Assembly: GCF_902459465.1 (NCBI RefSeq)
Contig: NC_047065.1
Location: 22,630,001-22,694,000, forward strand
Origin: Asterias rubens
Lineage: Eukaryota
DNA: 64,000 nucleotides
Direction: 5' to 3'
The translations under genes and the position numbers were made by a program. The notes beneath the pieces were generated by a model that saw only the letters and a program-made list of their open reading frames with translations, did no database searches and was not told where the DNA came from. Below are positions 62,586 to 64,000 of this stretch, piece by piece. Every line of letters begins with the position of its first letter. Position 1 is the first letter of the stretch.

Positions 62586-62985
62586 AGACACTGGACACTA
62601 TTGGTAATTGTCAAAGACCAGTATCCTCACTTGGTGTATCTCAACATATGCATAAAATAACAAACCTGTAAAAAGTTGAGCTCAATCTGTCATCGAAGTT
62701 GCGAGATAATAATGGGAAAAAAACACCCTTGTCGCACCATGGTCACACGAAGTTGTGTGCTTTCAGATGCTTGATTTCGAGACCTCAAATTCCAAATCTG
62801 CGGTCTCGAAATCAAATTCGTGGAAAATTACTTCTTTCTCGAAAACTACTCCACTTCAGAGGGAGCCGTTTCTCACGTACTACATAGTACAGTTTTATAC
62901 TACCAGCCTCTCCCCATTACTCGTTACCAAGACATGTTTTATGCTAATAATTAGTTTGAGTAATTACCAATAGTGTCCACTGCCT
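62586..62985 (+). mobile_element. MITE K1, full copy
   Basis: TIRs and TTAA flanks. Confidence 0.88.
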
Positions 62986-64000
62986 TTAAAGCAACACCAT
63001 AATAATTAAACTATTGCTTAAAATGTTAGGCTTGACGGAGATCAACATTTAGAGAATCAGCATTTCTGGTATTGAACCCATGTTTGTCAATAAACATCTC
63101 ACTATCATTACAACAACATATTTTTGCATGGGGCTAAACAATTAACACATTTTTACATATATTGCAGGCTAGAAAGTAGACCATTTATAATCGGGCATTT
63201 GTACACGGTCAGTCAATCAAAGTCATGTTAATGTTTTTCGTTTTGAACCCGGATCTTTCACAATAATAATCTCGGAAAACAAAATGAAACTAAAAGTGTT
63301 CAAAAGTGCACCTTTACCCGGAAAACCTGAATCAACCAAAACAACCCGATAAATCACCACACACAAAAATCGGCTGTGTTGAACCCGGAAAAACAAAAAT
63401 GAACATTAAATTCACCCAACACCAACCACTCCAAGCCCCACCAAACACTATCAGTCACTCTACCATCAACCCTTTTCACAATAACAAGTGCCTACATACA
63501 TTAGTCTGAAGTTGTGTGCTTTCAGATGCTTGATTTCGAGACCTCAAATTCCAAATCTGCGGTCTCGAAATCAAATTCGTGGAAATTAATTACTTCTTTC
63601 TCGAAAACTACTCCACTTCAGAGGGAGCCGTTTCTCACGTACTACATAGTACAGTTTTATACTACCAGCCTCTCCCCATTACTCGTTACCAAGACATGTT
63701 TTATGCTAATAATTAGTTTGAGTAATTACCAATAGTGTCCACTGCCTTTAAAGCAACACCATAATAATTAAACTATTGCTTAAAATGTTAGGCTTGACGG
63801 AGATCAACATTTAGAGAATCAGCATTTCTGGTATTGAACCCATGTTTGCCAAAAAACATCTCACTATCATTACAACAAAATATTTTTGCATGGGGCTAAA
63901 CAATTAACACATTTTTACATATATTGCAGGCTAGAAAGTAGACCATTTATAATCGGGCATTTGTACACGGTCAGTCAATCAAAGTCATGCTAATGTTTTT
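62749..64000 (+). repeat. Near-identical direct duplication 62749-63238 versus 63508-64000
   Basis: About 490 bp covering part of a MITE plus unique flank. Differs by one 3-nt indel and about 4 substitutions, separated by a C/A-rich spacer. Confidence 0.9.

Noticed and set aside
1693-63735. Recurrent short ORFs such as MCAFRCLISRPQILNLRSRNQIRGKLLLSRKL and MVDFETSSSKSEVSKSNSWKITSF
   Set aside because: They are translations of the non-coding K1 MITE in different frames, with frameshifts between copies. They are not a gene family.

Overview
AT-rich, intron-rich animal genomic DNA. It looks like a marine invertebrate deuterostome, plausibly a sea star, but this is judged only from gene style and repeat content. 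All exon calls below were made by hand from GT-AG boundaries and frame continuity. (1) Three tandem, same-strand, intact 10-exon paralogs of an SLC7 heteromeric amino-acid-transporter light chain, most similar to xCT/SLC7A11 (2064-21619, 30151-41759, 44927-52104). They differ at two arginines tied to xCT substrate recognition, and copies A and C share a 153-nt fully identical tract. (2) A 5-coding-exon secreted avidin-family gene (56326-59435) with an N-terminal pro-like region, an acidic tail and Phe at the Tyr33-equivalent position. (3) A 6,576-bp CACTG-ended, TA-flanked DNA transposon (8875-15450) inserted into a MITE inside intron 5 of paralog A. It carries an intact-looking spliced gene but no recognisable transposase. 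(4) Minimal type I hammerhead ribozyme motifs of the Penelope-like-element kind: two intact (20631-20672, 61156-61194) and three decayed. (5) A dense set of non-autonomous elements: at least seven TTAA-flanked AG...CT MITE families, AWT- and TA-flanked MITEs, SINEs, LINE fragments, a Helentron-like insert, minisatellites, and tandem repeats that copy splice acceptors. There is no CRISPR array, rRNA or intact tRNA gene. One 162-N gap lies at 57221-57382.
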